The notes below the pieces were generated by a model. The model searched no databases. It saw nothing but the letters and a program-made list of their open reading frames with translations, and had not been told where the DNA came from. From the human T2T-CHM13v2.0 reference genome, Homo sapiens, in the NCBI RefSeq assembly GCF_009914755.1, contig NC_060931.1: a DNA stretch of 64,000 bases. One strand, given 5' to 3'. Shown here piece after piece: positions 44,481 to 58,296 of the stretch (within the stretch, counting starts at the first letter, position 1; each line of letters begins with the position of its first letter). A program made the translations under genes and the position numbers.

Positions 44481-45296
44481 TTAAATTTCCATCTTGATTT
44501 CGTTTTTGACCCAATGCTCACTCAGGAACAGGTTATTTAATTTCCATGTATTTGCATGGTTTTGAAGGTTCCTTTCGGAGTTTATTTTCAGTTTTATTCC
44601 ACTGTGGTCTGTCAGAGTGCTTGACATAATTTCAATTTTCTTAAACGTATTGATGCTCATTTTATGACCTATCATATGGTCTATCTTGGAGATAGTTTCA
44701 TGCACTGTTGAATAGAATGTGTATTCTGCAGTTGTTGGATGAAATGTTCTGTATATATCCGTTAAGTCCATTTGTTCCAGGGTATAGTTTAAATCCATTG
44801 TTTCTTTGTTGACTTTTGGTTTTGATGACCTGTCTATTGCTGTCACTGGAGTATTGAAGTTCCCCACTATTACTATGTTGCTGTCTATCTCATTTCTTAG
44901 GTCTATTAGTAATTGTTTTATAAATTTGGGAGCTTCAGTGTTAGATGCGTATGTGTTTAGGATTGTGATATTTTCCTGTGGGACAAGGCCTTTTACCATT
45001 ATATAATCCCCTTCTTTGTCTCTTTTAACTGCTGTTGCTTTAAATTTTGTTTTGTCTGGTATAAGAATAGCTTCCCCTGTTTGCTTTTGGTGTCCATTTG
45101 CAAGAAATGCCTTTTTCCATCCCTTTATTTTAAGTTTATGTGAGTCCTTATGTGTTAGGTGAGTTTCCTGAAGGCAGCAGATAGTTGGTTGATGAATTCT
45201 TATCCATTCTGCAGTTCTGTATCTTTTAAGTGGAGCATTGAGGCCATTTACGTTTAATGTAAGTATTGAGATGTGAGGTACTGTTACATTTATCAT
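44481..45296 (-). pseudogene. L1 ORF2 endonuclease domain, open for 271 codons from its ATG
   Basis: MINVTVPHISILTLNVNGLN, CCLQETH, GNFNTP, SKIDH, TDHSGIKL. Confidence 0.85.
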
Positions 45297-48029
45297 GCTA
45301 TTTGTTACCTGTGTACCGTGCTTTTTTGTTTTTTGTTTTTGTTTTTTTTTTGGTTGTTTTTGCTTTTTAACTTGTAGTTTTGTTTTATAGGTCTTGCATG
45401 ATTTATGCTTTAAAGAGGTTTTGTTTTGATGTGTTTTCAGGATTTGTTTCAAGATTTAGAGCTCTTTTTAGCAATTCTGGTAGCGGTGGCTTGTTAGTGT
45501 CAAATTCTCTCAGCATTTGTTTGTCTGAAAAAGACTGTGTCTTTCCTTCATATAAGATGCTTATTTTTGCTGGATACAAAATTCTTGGCTGATAATTGTT
45601 TTGGTTGAGGAGGCTTAGGATAGGGCCCCAATCTCTTCTAGCTTGTAGAGTTTCTGCTGGGAAATCTGTTGTTAATTTGGCAGGTTTTTCTTTATAGGTT
45701 ACCTGGTGCTCCTGTCTCATAGCTCTTAAAATTCTTCCCTTCATTTTAACTTTAGATAACCTGTCGACGACATGCCTAGGCAATGATCTTTTTGTAAGGA
45801 ATTTCCCAGATGTTCTTTGTGGTTTTTGTATTTGGATGTCTAGGTCTGTAGCAAGGCTGGGGCAATTTCCCTGTATTATTTCCCCAAATATGTTTTCCAG
45901 ACTTTTAGATTTCTCTTTTCATCAGAAACACCAACTATTTTTAGGTTTGGTCATTTAACATAATCCCAGACTTCTTTGAGGCTTTGTTCATATTTTCTTA
46001 TTCTTTGACTCTGTTGGATTGGGTTAATTTGAACACCTTGCCTTTGAGCTCTGAATTTCTTTCTTCTACTTGTTGAATTCTATAGCTGAGACTTTCCAAA
46101 GCATTTTGCATTTCTATAAGTGTGTCCAATGTTTCCTGAATTTTTGATTGTTTTTTCGTTATGCTATCTATTTCCTTGAGTATTTCTCACTTCACTTCTA
46201 GTATCATTTTTTGGATTTCCTTGCATTGGGCTTCACCTTTCTCTGGTGCCTCCCTGATTGGCTTAATAACTAACCTCCTGAATTCTTTTTCAGGTAAATT
46301 GGGAATTTCTTCTTTGTTTGGATCCTTTGCTGGTGAACTAGTGTGATTTGTTGGGGGGTGTTAAATAGCCTTGTATTGTCATATTACCAGAGTTGGTTTT
46401 CTGGTTCCTATTCTTTTGGGTAGCCTCTGTCAGAATGAAAGTCTAGGGCTGAAGACTGTTGTTCAGAATCTTTTGTCCCATGGAATGTTCCCTTGATGTA
46501 GTACTCTTCCCCTTTTCCTATGGATGTGGCTTTTTGTTAGCCGAACTGCAGTGATTGTTGTCTCTCTTCTGAGTCTAGTCACCCAGCAAGTCTACCTGGC
46601 TCTGGGCTCATGCTGGGAATTGTCTCCACAGAGTCCTGTGATGTGAACCCTCTGTGGGTCTCTCACCTGTGGATACTATCACCGGTTCCGTTGGAGGTGG
46701 CAGGGGGCTGAAATGGACTCTGTGAGGGTTCTTAGCCTTCATGGTTTAATGCTCTACTTTTGTGCTGGTTGGCCTCCTGCTGGGAGATGGTGCTTTCCAG
46801 AGAGCATCAGCTTTGACAGTATGGAGAGGAACCAGTGGTTGGGGGGACCATGGAACTCCCAAAATTATATGCCCTTTGTCATCAGCTACCAGGGTGGGTA
46901 GGGAAGGATCATCAGGTGGGGGTGGGGCTAGGCATATCTGAACTCAGACTCTCCTTGGGCAGGTCTTGCTGCAGCCGCTATGGGGGTTGGCAGTGAGGTT
47001 CCCAGGTCAATGAGTTGTGTACCTAGAAGGATTATGTCTTCCTCTGCTGAGTCATGCAGATTGTCAGGGAAGTGGAGGAAAGCTGGCAGTCACAGGCCTC
47101 ACCCAGCTCCCATGCAAACCAAAGGGCCGGTCTCAAGCCCACTGTTTCCCCCTAACAGCACCCTACGTCTGTTTCCAGGTGGGCAAGCCAGGCTTGAGAA
47201 CTTGCCCCAGGCTGGTTTTCCGATCTGCGAAAGAAAAGGGTTTGGTTCTTCCCTGGCCTGTGGAGTCTGCACACCGGATTCATGCCTTCCCCTGAGTTCT
47301 GGCCAGGAAGCTTCTCACCCAGTTCAAATTGTTAAGAAGTTCATCTGGAGATTTCCTCCTCCCTGTGGAGTTTTACCCCCAGCTCCTCTGGCCGCCCTCC
47401 CAATGGATCCCTGTGGTGCTAGGCAGGAATGGGCTGCTTGGGGTCCCAGCAAGCTCCTAGAGCCTTTCTTTCTGGTTCCTCTACTCCCATGTTTCGCTTG
47501 GTTTTCTAAATTGACTTAGGTCCAGGTAAGATTGGAAACTTCTCTCGAAAACAGACCTTCAGTTCCTCCAGTGGGGGTATCTTTGGGAGAGGATCTCCCT
47601 TTTCCACTTCTGCAGTTGGGGCACTCAAAGTATTTGAGAAGTCTCCTGGGTCCTGCAGAAGCAATCCACTTCCTTCAGAGGGTCTGTGGGTCCTCTCTGG
47701 ATTGCCAGTTTGTTCTTGCCATTGATTTAGAGCTAGAATTCACAGTGCAAGCCTCGGTACTCCGCTCTGTCTGTCAGAGCCTTAGAAGTGTTTTAAGACA
47801 CTAGTAATGATAGTAGAAATCCAATATAAGAAAATAAAGGCATGATTAGAAACTTATGAATATAAATTCTCTGTAAAAATAATGTAAAGCAATAGAAGTT
47901 GAATTTTAGAACTCACAAGGGATTTGAACATATACATTTGATTGTTGTTTTAAAGAGTATCGTATAACATTGGGATAACACCCATCGACTGCTAAAGGAG
48001 AAACAGTAAACTACATTGGATGCATGTGT

Positions 48030-48140
48030 AGACACTAAGCTGGGCTTCTGAGTTGGAATTCTGCTCCATCACTTATTGGCTCTGTAACCTTGGGCAAGTT
48101 ACATAACCCTATCTCTCTTTATCAAATAAAAATACAGATT
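48030..48140 (+). mobile_element. MIR core
   Basis: ctgctccatcacttattggctctgtaaccttgggcaagttacataacc. Confidence 0.75.
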
Positions 48141-48199
48141 GATGAGCTCAATTTAAAGTTAAATAACAAATGCATGCTTGCTTGCTTGTTTTAGTTTGT

Positions 48200-48300
48200 G
48201 TCCCATGCAATATTTGAGAAATATTGGTACAAAAAATAATGTATTATTTATCTAAAATTCAAATTTAAGTGAATGTCTTATATTTTATCTAGCAACCCTA
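48200..48300. mobile_element. MER33 (hAT) fragment
   Basis: tttatctaaaattcaaatttaagtgaatgtcttatattttatctagcaaccct. Confidence 0.7.
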
Positions 48301-48632
48301 CCTTAAAGAAGTCATCTCTAGGAGATTTGGAATAAAGCCTGCAGGAAAAATTTTTTGGAGCTCGTTTTTCCTTTTTCATTTTAATGCTCTATATCTTTCA
48401 AGATATATTAAATGTTTTAAAGTAGACCATTTTGTGTCTTAATGCTAAGTATTAGAATTTTGGAATCAGCTAAGTATCGGTATCTTAATCAGTATTTTAG
48501 AATTGTGCCAACTTAATAGCAGGTACTTAAATTATTTGTTAAATGGATGGTGGCAAGGTGATAACATAGAGGTTACAAGGTAGATTGAACATACATACTT
48601 TATATATATATATATATTATATATATATATAA

Positions 48633-48892
48633 TTTTTTTTTTTTGAGATGGAGTCTCACTCTGTCTCCCAGGCTGGAGTGCAGTGATGCAATCCGGCTCA
48701 CTACAACCTCCGCCTCCTGGGTTCAAGCAGTTCTCCTGCCTCAGCCTCCTGGGTAGCTGGGATTACAGGTGCCCACCACCACACCCGGCTGCTAATTTTT
48801 TGTATTTTTAGTAGAGACAGAGTTTCACCATGTTGGCCAAGTTGGTCTTGATCTCCTGACCTCAGGTGATCCACCTGCCTCAGCCTCCCAAA
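48633..48892 (-). mobile_element. AluS lacking about 40 nt of its 5' end, preceded by (TA)n
   Basis: Reverse Alu stopping at cagcctcccaaa. Confidence 0.9.
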
Positions 48893-49837
48893 CATATTTT
48901 TGAAACAAATAGTTTTTTCCTGATAGACAGGAATCATCAGGGTCCTGCCTTATTGAAATTGCACAAAATTTTGTTATTGGCACAAGATGGAGCCCATTGT
49001 CTTTATTGATGCCCTTCGTGTCATTCTAATGTATATGCCTACGCTCTTGTGAAAATTTTCTGTTGTTCTTAATAAAACACAGGGAAAAAATTGTAGTGAA
49101 TACTTACAAACAGAGATATAAATATTTCACAGAAGAAAAAGAGAAAACAGACTAAACAGAAAGTGTTTTAAGCAAAATGATTATAATATGGAGGTAAAAT
49201 GTAGCCTTCGAATATCTTCAAATTAATGTGTTTAGCTGTTACGAGAGTAAAGAATGACAATGAGAATACCATTGATGAAGTTGAAATTTGAGGAAGTAGT
49301 ATGATTCATATAGAGAATAAATATTTTGAAACATTTATTATTAACTTAAATTGTATTAATTATTTGCAGTACACCAAAAGAATTTTACTGAAGAATTTCT
49401 GAAGAGTAATAAGCAGAAGGTTAAATCTCAAACCAGGTTAAGGTGATAAAATGGTGATAATTTTGAAGATAGTGATTAAAAAGAATGCCTCATGTAAATT
49501 AAGTCAGATTTTTAAAGAAATTCACAAATTGGGAACATTCTGAGTAGGGCAGAGTGCTCTGAATTTCTAATCAACAAAGTAATTCTGGAACTGGAAAAAA
49601 AGTAGACAGGAATATAAAGCAATTTTTTTGATAAAGGATAGTGATAATGAAACAAAATCTAATATATCTTATCTTGGTTTTAGAAGACACAAATGTTGTA
49701 TATTTACATAAGGGATTCAAAAGATTGATATTTGTTTCCTATTTAATAGAATTTGAAAGGTACAGAAAAATTCTCTGTCCCCAACTAAAATATTGGGAGA
49801 CAAAAAAAATCAAAACTCAAAATTCAAAAATAATCTG

Positions 49838-51072
49838 GAGTGTTCCGCTTTTGGCGAAGATGAAATAACACTGGATTTTCATCCCACCTGAAATGACACA
49901 ATAAGTCTGGACAAATACATGATACAATGTTTTTCAAGTACTTGGACATTAAGCAAAGAAGGAAAGTCATCCCCCAAAAATGAGGGGGAGAAAAAAGTGG
50001 ACTGAAATTTTCCTAGCTTTCTGTCAGAGAATATTCTCCAGGTCACAATACAGGAGAAGGGACTCAGAGAGAGAGCCAAGTGGTCTCTCTAAGTTCGGAA
50101 GACACTCTTGGAAGTCTGAGGAGGCAAAGGTGTCTAGAGTTCATAGGACAAAGCTCCAAAAATGGGAGATGTACGAAGAAAAAACATGTGACCTGAATAG
50201 GACCACCCTTGAGTCCTAAACTGAGTACAGGGCAGCATATTCATGTTAGGAAAAGACCCAAGACTGGAGAAAGATTCATCTGAAAATATTGCATTGAATG
50301 ACACCTAAAGCATTCACAGGACCTGTATTAGTTTTCTTCCCCAGTCCCCAACTGGAAAACTTAACAAGGTGAAAAGTAGGCTACTAGGAAGTGTCTCATT
50401 AGTTAGGCAAAATTAGCCCTAGGCTACGTATTCCTCTGGTCCAACCAAATAATTCTTGGAAAGATGAAATTGTTTCCATGGAACTTAATTGTACATCAGA
50501 GCAAAGTTTCTGATGATTTGTAGGAATACAAAAATATCCAGCACCCTGCAAGTTAAAACTTGCATCAGGTACTATCATAAAATATAACTCATCATTGGTG
50601 GAATATGACACATAAAGAGAAGAAAACCAATCAATTAAAACCATCCCAGAGCTGACAAGATGATAGCATTAGCAGACTAGGACATTAAAACAGTTAATGC
50701 AGTGAATCTGACTATATTCAATGTGTTTGGAAAGTGAAAGACTGGACACATCAAGAATGGACATGGAAGATATAGGGAAAACTGTATCTTCAAAATACTA
50801 GATGAAAACTACAGTGTCTGAGATGAAAAATCCAGTAGAGGAGATAAATGGCTGATTAGATATTGCAGAAGATTAGTGAACTTGAGGACATACCAGTAAA
50901 AACTATCCAAAAAGAACCTCATAGGAAAAACAAGCCTAGAAAAATACATGAAGAGAACATCAGTGAGCTATGAAATAACTTAAAGCAGCCTAAGACATGT
51001 ATAGTTGAATTTTTAAAGGGGAAAATAGAGGGATGGGGACAGAAATAAACATTTGAAGAACAAATGGCTGAA
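49838..51072 (+). mobile_element. Old L1 (L1MC/L1MD-like) 5' end and ORF1 region
   Basis: ttccgcttttggcgaagatg start; gattagatattgcagaagattagtgaacttgaggac. Confidence 0.7.
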
Positions 51073-51084
51073 AGTGATACTAAG

Positions 51085-51634
<550 letters not shown>

Positions 51635-51999
51635 ATATAAATATGAAAAATAAATATTCATAAAAACATGCATAAAACTAATTAAGATGGTGAGTTTATC
51701 TCCTCATCTGATAAAGGTAATTACAGTACAAATCTAATAGAGTTTAAGGATTGCATTATTACGTGAATTTTGCGTATGTGTGTATTATATATAGGAATAT
51801 AACACACATTAAGATACATATGACTGTGAACACACATGCACACACAAAAGCTATTTAATGTACATTTATGCTTTTGTTTCTCCTATAGTAGTAACCACCC
51901 TCCAGTTTCTACACTGTAATCCTAAGATACCCTGAGTTCCCCTATTCCCCTCTTCTCTTTTTCCTATATCAATTACAAACTCCATCCCAACAGGGACTT

Positions 52000-52230
52000 C
52001 TTGTATTTTGGATATAATTTAAAACTTAGCGTAAAGTTGCAAAACAATACAATGAATTCTCATATGTGGGTTACTAAGATTCAGCAATCATTTAGGTCTT
52101 GTCCTGTTTGTCTTACCCCTCCCTCTCCCTCTCTGAAACATTTGAGAGAAATTTGGAGGGGGTGTGCTCCATTTCCATGATACTTCAGTGTACATTTCAT
52201 AAGAACAAGAACAAAAACATTCTTTTGTCG
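52000..52230 (-). mobile_element. L1MC-like fragment
   Basis: aaagttgcaaaacaatacaatgaattctcata, tacttcagtgtacatttcataagaacaag. Confidence 0.55.
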
Positions 52231-52254
52231 TTTCCTATAGGTTAGTGCTTCTAG

Positions 52255-52415
52255 AGCAGGTGCTCAGTAAGCCACTTGCTTCAGAAACACTTGAGGGGTA
52301 AAGATGAACTTAACATTCAGATTCCTCCCCCAACCTCTAGTCCCGTTAAATCAGAATCTCCAAAAGTACGGCCCAGGAATTTTAATATATTTATAATCTG
52401 GGATGCACTGCTCTG
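52255..52415. mobile_element. MER5-like fragment
   Basis: cattcagattcct...aatcagaatctcc...ggcccaggaattt. Confidence 0.55.
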
Positions 52416-54509
52416 AGTTTTATTGCATAAAGAGCTCAAAATAATGATTTTATAGCTTAAAGCGGTATATACAACTTAGAGCAGTCACCCCTGGAGGGAA
52501 TTGTGGATCAGAGAAGGGAGTCAAAGTACAGTATTATATGACATGTACCTTAGAACCATTGAATTAAGTCTCTTACACCAAAAGTTTTTAAGATCACAAA
52601 AAATTAAATGTTACTGTTCCAAAAGTGATGGAAGACATTCTTAAAAAAATAAAGCAATGCAAAGTAGTTTATAATACTGAGTCTCTTGAATGCATCTATT
52701 TTCATGAGTCATTCTTCTCTACCCTGGGATTCAGAAGAATTTTTATCCACAGCTATGATTTTGTAATCATAATACTATCTCTAATATCTGTGAGTACATG
52801 AAGCATTCTCACAGAGTGTTTTGGCCAGGTTTCTCCATGTCTTGTCTTCTGAGATAAAAGAATAAAAAATGGATTTTGTGTGCCACATACAGTATTAAGT
52901 TGCATTTGGTAGTAACTCTGGGGCTATAGGATTAGATTGTTTTCAAAATGAAAGCACTGTGAAAGCTGCCAGTCAAGGTTGAATTCATCTATTCATTTCA
53001 GAAAAACTTTACCGTATTAACATTGAAACGCATTACAGAGGGAGATTTTACAACTCCTTTCACTTTCCTCAGTGTCTTTAAAACAATATATGTTTTCCTC
53101 TATGCACTTTAAAATGGGCCTTCTTAGAAGGCAAAGGAGCAGGGTTTGGCTCTGCCCTTTACCTGGTGCCAGGGGTCCAGAGTTTGCCAGAGATGCCCAG
53201 AACTGTGCACAGTGGGCATTCAAGAAGTGTTTATAGAATCAGAATGATGAATCTGCAGTGCTAGGCCTCTTACCAGATTTATGTTTTCTCTGAGATTATT
53301 TACAACCAAACGACATTTCCACAACAGATGGTTTTATAATGACAGAGATACATCTAAGAGCAGGCTTCAAACTTTCCATACCTAAAAGGAGCTCTTTTTT
53401 GAACCATACTAAATATTTCAACTTTCCCTTATATCAACATTTAGTTGTGTGTTTTTATTCATTTCTAATATCCTATAATTTGGGTATAAAGATTTGTAGA
53501 AATTATTTACCTACCTTTTTATTAAACTCAAAAACCAACTTTGTATTTTGATGGAATTTTAAACTTTTCATCTCTAGATTTTATTATGCTTTCTGCATAT
53601 TATTTTAGATTCTATGTAACAATTGCCTCAATGCAATCATAATATTTTCTCTTGCTTATGGAGTCTAAACTTGAACAGCTTTCTCTACTTTATTAATCCA
53701 GTTTGAAATTAGTTTGTCTTCATTTGTCCCAAAACAAATAGATAAAATAATAAGAGATTCTGGAAGCAAATATTTATTGTTATAAAACATCAAACATTTT
53801 ATTTTGACTAATGCTGAATTATTATTTTCACTGGGGAATAGGGAATGTGGGTTCTTCATTTAACAAACACAGATTTTACTAGGAGATATTTAAAGCCAAC
53901 GTTCTTGGTTTATACATAAGGTGTGTTACGGCGGCAGTGGCAGTGGTGATGGGGTATGTGTTTGCATTGGGAATGTAGTAGTATATTAATCTTTGTTGAC
54001 AAGCAGCTGTGTAATTGCATTTCTGAAGGCCAGTTTGAGTTATCATTTTAGAATGCAGTTATGTCACATTCAAACTGTTGGCAATAGAGTGAGATGTACT
54101 GTAATGACAAACAGAAAATAAAGAGATACTTGCGGTTTTAATTTGTCAGCATGCCACTCTCGAAGGTCGGGGAAGGCAGATAGTGAAGTGGCTGTAAGGA
54201 ACCTTCAATAAGTCTCTACCACGCTATCTGCTCCTTTTCTCTCCCTCACAATAGCCTTCCAGTCACCTCACCTCTAGAAAATATTTAGAATCTTGGCTTT
54301 GCCTCTTAAATATTTGCTTATGAGAAAGGAAGAAAATAAACCAAAAGGAGATAATTCTTACTTGTGGAATTTAAGTCATTTAGGCACCAAAGTGCACAAG
54401 AAATTTTAGAACACGAATGCTCTCTAAATCATTTAAATCACATAATATGGAAATGCCTATGTTTATGACCAGTGTTTAGAATTAGTTTTGCCATTCTTTC
54501 ATAACTATG

Positions 54510-56030
54510 TAGTCTTCTCAGGCTGCCATAACAGAATACCATAGACTGGGTGGCTTAAATGACAGAAATTTATTTCTCATAGTTCTGCAGGCTGGAAATC
54601 CCAGATCAAGGTCTGGTGTGTTTCATTTAAAGTGAGGGCTCTCTTCTTGGTCTGTAGACAGCTGCTTTGTCATCATAAGGCCTTTCCTCTGGGTACATTA
54701 GGGAGAGAGAGAACAACAGATATGTTTGGTGTCTTTTCTTATAATCCTACCAGAGGAGGGCCCCAACCTCATGACCTCATTTAACCTACAGTACTTCTGT
54801 AGAGGCGCCATCTCCAAATACAGCCACACAGGGAGTTAGGGTTTCAACATATGAATTTTACGAGGGGCACAAACATTCAATCCAATACCTCCACCCTGGC
54901 TTTCCAAAATTCATGTCTTGCATTTATTCCATCCCAACAGTCCCCCATATCTTAAATCATTCTAGCATCAACTCTAAAGTCAAAAGTATCATCTAAATAT
55001 CTAGGTCACAGATGTTTGAAAATGTAGGTACAATTCATCTTGAGGAAGTTTCTCTCCAGCTGTGAACCTGTGAAACTAGACAACTTATCCACTTCCAAAA
55101 TATGATGGAGGAGCAGGCATAAAAGTTTAGAATGAAACTTTTTCATTCTAAGAGGGATACATCAAAAGGAACAAAGGGGTGAGAGGCTGCAGGCAAGTCC
55201 AAGACCTAGCAAAACAACTTCTGTTGGAACTAAAGACATGAAGGTAGCCCTCTCTGGCTTGGTGCCCCCACTTCTGGGCCTGCTGGGTGATGGTCTTGTC
55301 CCACAAGCTTTGCTGGGCTGGGGCAGCAGCCGGACCTGTTGAAACCACAGAGATGGCTCAACCTTTTTGAAACTAAAGTGGAGGCAGCCTTGCTCCCAGG
55401 GCCTTTGGTGGGCCTGGTGATCTCTGAATTACCTTCAGAGTCACTCTTCCCTTATCTTGAGGAATAAATCATAGTCAGTGCTGAAGAGCTCTATAGTCCA
55501 GTCCTGTGCCTTTGGTCCAAACTGACTGCATCTCTGCTTGCATAATAATTCCATCTATATTCCTGGCTTCTGCCTATAGGGCTGGTTAACATCATGGATA
55601 ATCTCTTTTAGGAGTGATTGTCCAACCACACCCTTGGTTTTCTCTTGAACAGTCTTCCTCAGGTTTTTGCAATATGAATAGGCTTATCTTTTTCAAATCT
55701 TTAAGATACATTTTCTTTAAGCTTAAATATCTCTTCATTTTAATCTCTTATCTCACATTTTACTAGAAACAGCATGGAGAAGCCCAGTTGCTCTTTGTAC
55801 AGTTTGCGTAGAAATCCCCTCATCTAAATATACAATTTTATCCCTTGTTTGTATTACTTTCCCCAAAACACTGAAAATAAATTCAACCAAGTTCTTTTCC
55901 ACTTTATAAGAAGAATCACCTCTGCTCCATTTTCTAAATAAACAGCTCATTATTTCAGTGTCAGACCTCATCAGAATAGCCTTTAATATCCATATTTCTA
56001 CCAACATTATTTTTCTGATGGCATTTGTAT
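54510..56030 (-). mobile_element. MLT1A-like LTR (54510-54886) plus adjoining MaLR internal sequence
   Basis: ggctgccataacagaataccatagactgggtggcttaa ... aaacattcaatcca, followed by ccaaaattcatgtc and ctccagctgtgaacctgtgaaa (MLT1/MST internal). Confidence 0.8.
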
Positions 56031-57665
56031 GCATTAACACTAATCATCAGAAATACGATTATATGAATATAAGAATGCTTACCTGCCATTTCAGACAATT
56101 ATGACTGTTAAAGTAGACACAGCCTCCTTACCTGGGGGCTCACAGGCTACAGGTTAATAAATTTTAGGTTATTAAAGTTGTAGGATAAATAATCACAAAA
56201 TATCAAGAACTATCCGGTAATACAATACTGAAAATACAGCCGAAAGAACTAAAGTCCAAAAAATGACTTGGTTAAATGACATAATTAAGCAACAGTTGAC
56301 CAACTGACAAAAAAGAATCTTTCTACTGTAAATTCCCAGGATCTTGTCTCTGCTAGAGTCATATAAAACACTCTAGGCTTCAAATAGTGGTGTGAACCTG
56401 GCCTTCATGTTGCAAGAGTAAACCAATTGGCATAGTTGTTCATACAAAGGGTAATGTCTAATAGTACAGCCACCAAGACTAATTTGATCTTCTTGGCATA
56501 AAAAACATTGCCACTTGTTTGCTGAAATCAAAAAAGGCAGAACTTTTTTTTAAAAAAATCTAATAACCCTATGAAAAATATCAATGGTTATTTCAGCATT
56601 TGCCATTTCGGATAAAACCATTTTGAGTTCTCATGTTTTTTTTGTTGATGTGAACAAAATGTATTTAATATTATAGTAAAAACACTGTATATGACATATA
56701 TAATTCTGCTAACTCATAAAAGATGAACATAATTTACTTATTGATTTTTATAATCAATGGCAAACAAAACTAACTACGATTTTTTTAGGCTTATCATATA
56801 AGTCACCCAAAGATAACATTAAGAGAGACACATGTTAAAGAGAGAGCAAACCTTTGATTTAATTCACAATTTAGAAAGTGTAAAAAGAGTCTGTAGAATG
56901 TTGATCCTATGAGATAACAAAAGTATATACAATTCTTATAACAACTATAATGATTAAAAACAGACACTCAAACTTAAATATTGTAGAAATTCTAATATTG
57001 CTTCTAAAGATCAAGTAAGTGAAGAATTGTTCAGAAAGGCATTTGATGCCCACTGAAGGCGGTAAGAAATCCGAAATCTTGAGGCTGTTCCAGCTGCCAT
57101 GGGTGCTTGAAAAAGAGAGGGATGGAGGGAGGGAGAGAGAGACAGACAGAGAGAGAGAGAATCTCAATCCCAGTGAGCTCATTGAGCTCATTGTACCTGT
57201 GTGCTGGAGTGATTGATGTTTCCTGGATGGTCAGAATGCCTGGGACAGTGAGCTCATCCTTTGCTGGCCAGAATTTTGTCACTGTGTTTAATTTAGTCAA
57301 TATGACATCATTGTATCTAGAGGAGTCAACCTTTGTAGTCACCAGCAAGATTACGGTAGACATTCCTTTGTCCGTGTCTCACCCATCATACCTCTGCTCC
57401 AGTCTGTCATGCCCATTTACCAAAACCCATAGCAATAATACTTTAGAGCATATAAGATTATAATAAATAATAAGCCTATACATGAGGAAATTAGAAGCAG
57501 GAATTTGCTTGGGTAGGTGGTATGGATAGGGAATTTACAATGACTGCCATGTGCAATAATATCCTTGAAGAAGTGGGACTACTTTGGTTGCATAGTTATT
57601 GCTGAGATGTTATGAGTAGCTGAAAGATTGTGTTTGGGGAGGAATGGTTCCGTTATCAATGCTAT

Positions 57666-58296
57666 TGTTGTCTTGTCAATGCACCTTAGTGTAGCAGTTT
57701 CTCATTGTCTGAGCTAGTACCTGGGGTTCCTTGTCCTATGTCCAAGAAAATTAAGGAACACAGACACAAGGGTGAGGTTGGAGCAAAAGTTTAATAAGTG
57801 AAAAAAGAAAGCTCTCTGCAGCAGAGAGGGGAGTCCGAGTGGATTGCCGGGTTACAGCTGAATGCAAGAAACTTTTATAAGAAACTGTTCTCCTCCATGT
57901 AACTGTTTGAGTAACTTTTTATTAGTAAAGCTGTCTGTGCAACTCCCCTTATCTTATACAGCTGTGGGTATGTCTCTAGGCAAGCACAAAGCACTACTTC
58001 TCTTGTAGGTATAACTGTGGGTTTGTTTTAGTTAAGACCCCTCCTCCCTGTGCCTGTTTACATGGAGCCCACCGTGTATATGCCTGAAAATGGAAGGAAA
58101 CTTTTTCTTGGGAGCTCTGTAATTATACAAAGAACAAAGGGCTTCTGTACTGGACCCTGTCTGCTTATCTGTGTGTAGGTGCAGCCTGAGTTTTTTCCCA
58201 GGTTGTTTTATTTTTACCTATTGCTGTGACTTTTCAGGCAGGCCACTTCTGCAGTCTAAGTTTTCCCCAACTGATTTTTCCTTTCCTTCTCCATCA
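57666..58296 (-). mobile_element. ERV1 solo LTR (MER4 group, related to the LTR at 29720)
   Basis: TG...CA ends; 4-bp TSD CTAT at 57662-57665 and 58297-58300; shares cagacac...aagggtgagg...tttaa(t)taag...gaaagc with the 29720 LTR. Confidence 0.8.

Larger units (their letters stand above)
41149..47780 (-). mobile_element. Near full-length L1PB (PB1-like), about 6.6 kb
   Basis: 3' end ccataagttattgggggtacaggtggtatttgg; ORF2 fragments incl. [12 protein letters not shown]; ORF1 fragment 45403-45783; GC-rich 5' UTR; TSD ctta(a/g)aagtg(c/t)ttt at 41135 and 47781. Confidence 0.93.

Noticed and set aside
46980-47519. 179-aa ATG ORF antisense to the L1 5' UTR (ORF0-like idea)
   Set aside because: ORF0 is described for younger L1PA elements with a different 5' UTR; this is GC-rich L1PB UTR with no recognisable similarity
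57174-57193. Short duplication (tgagctcat twice)
   Set aside because: Ordinary slippage-scale event with no further structure
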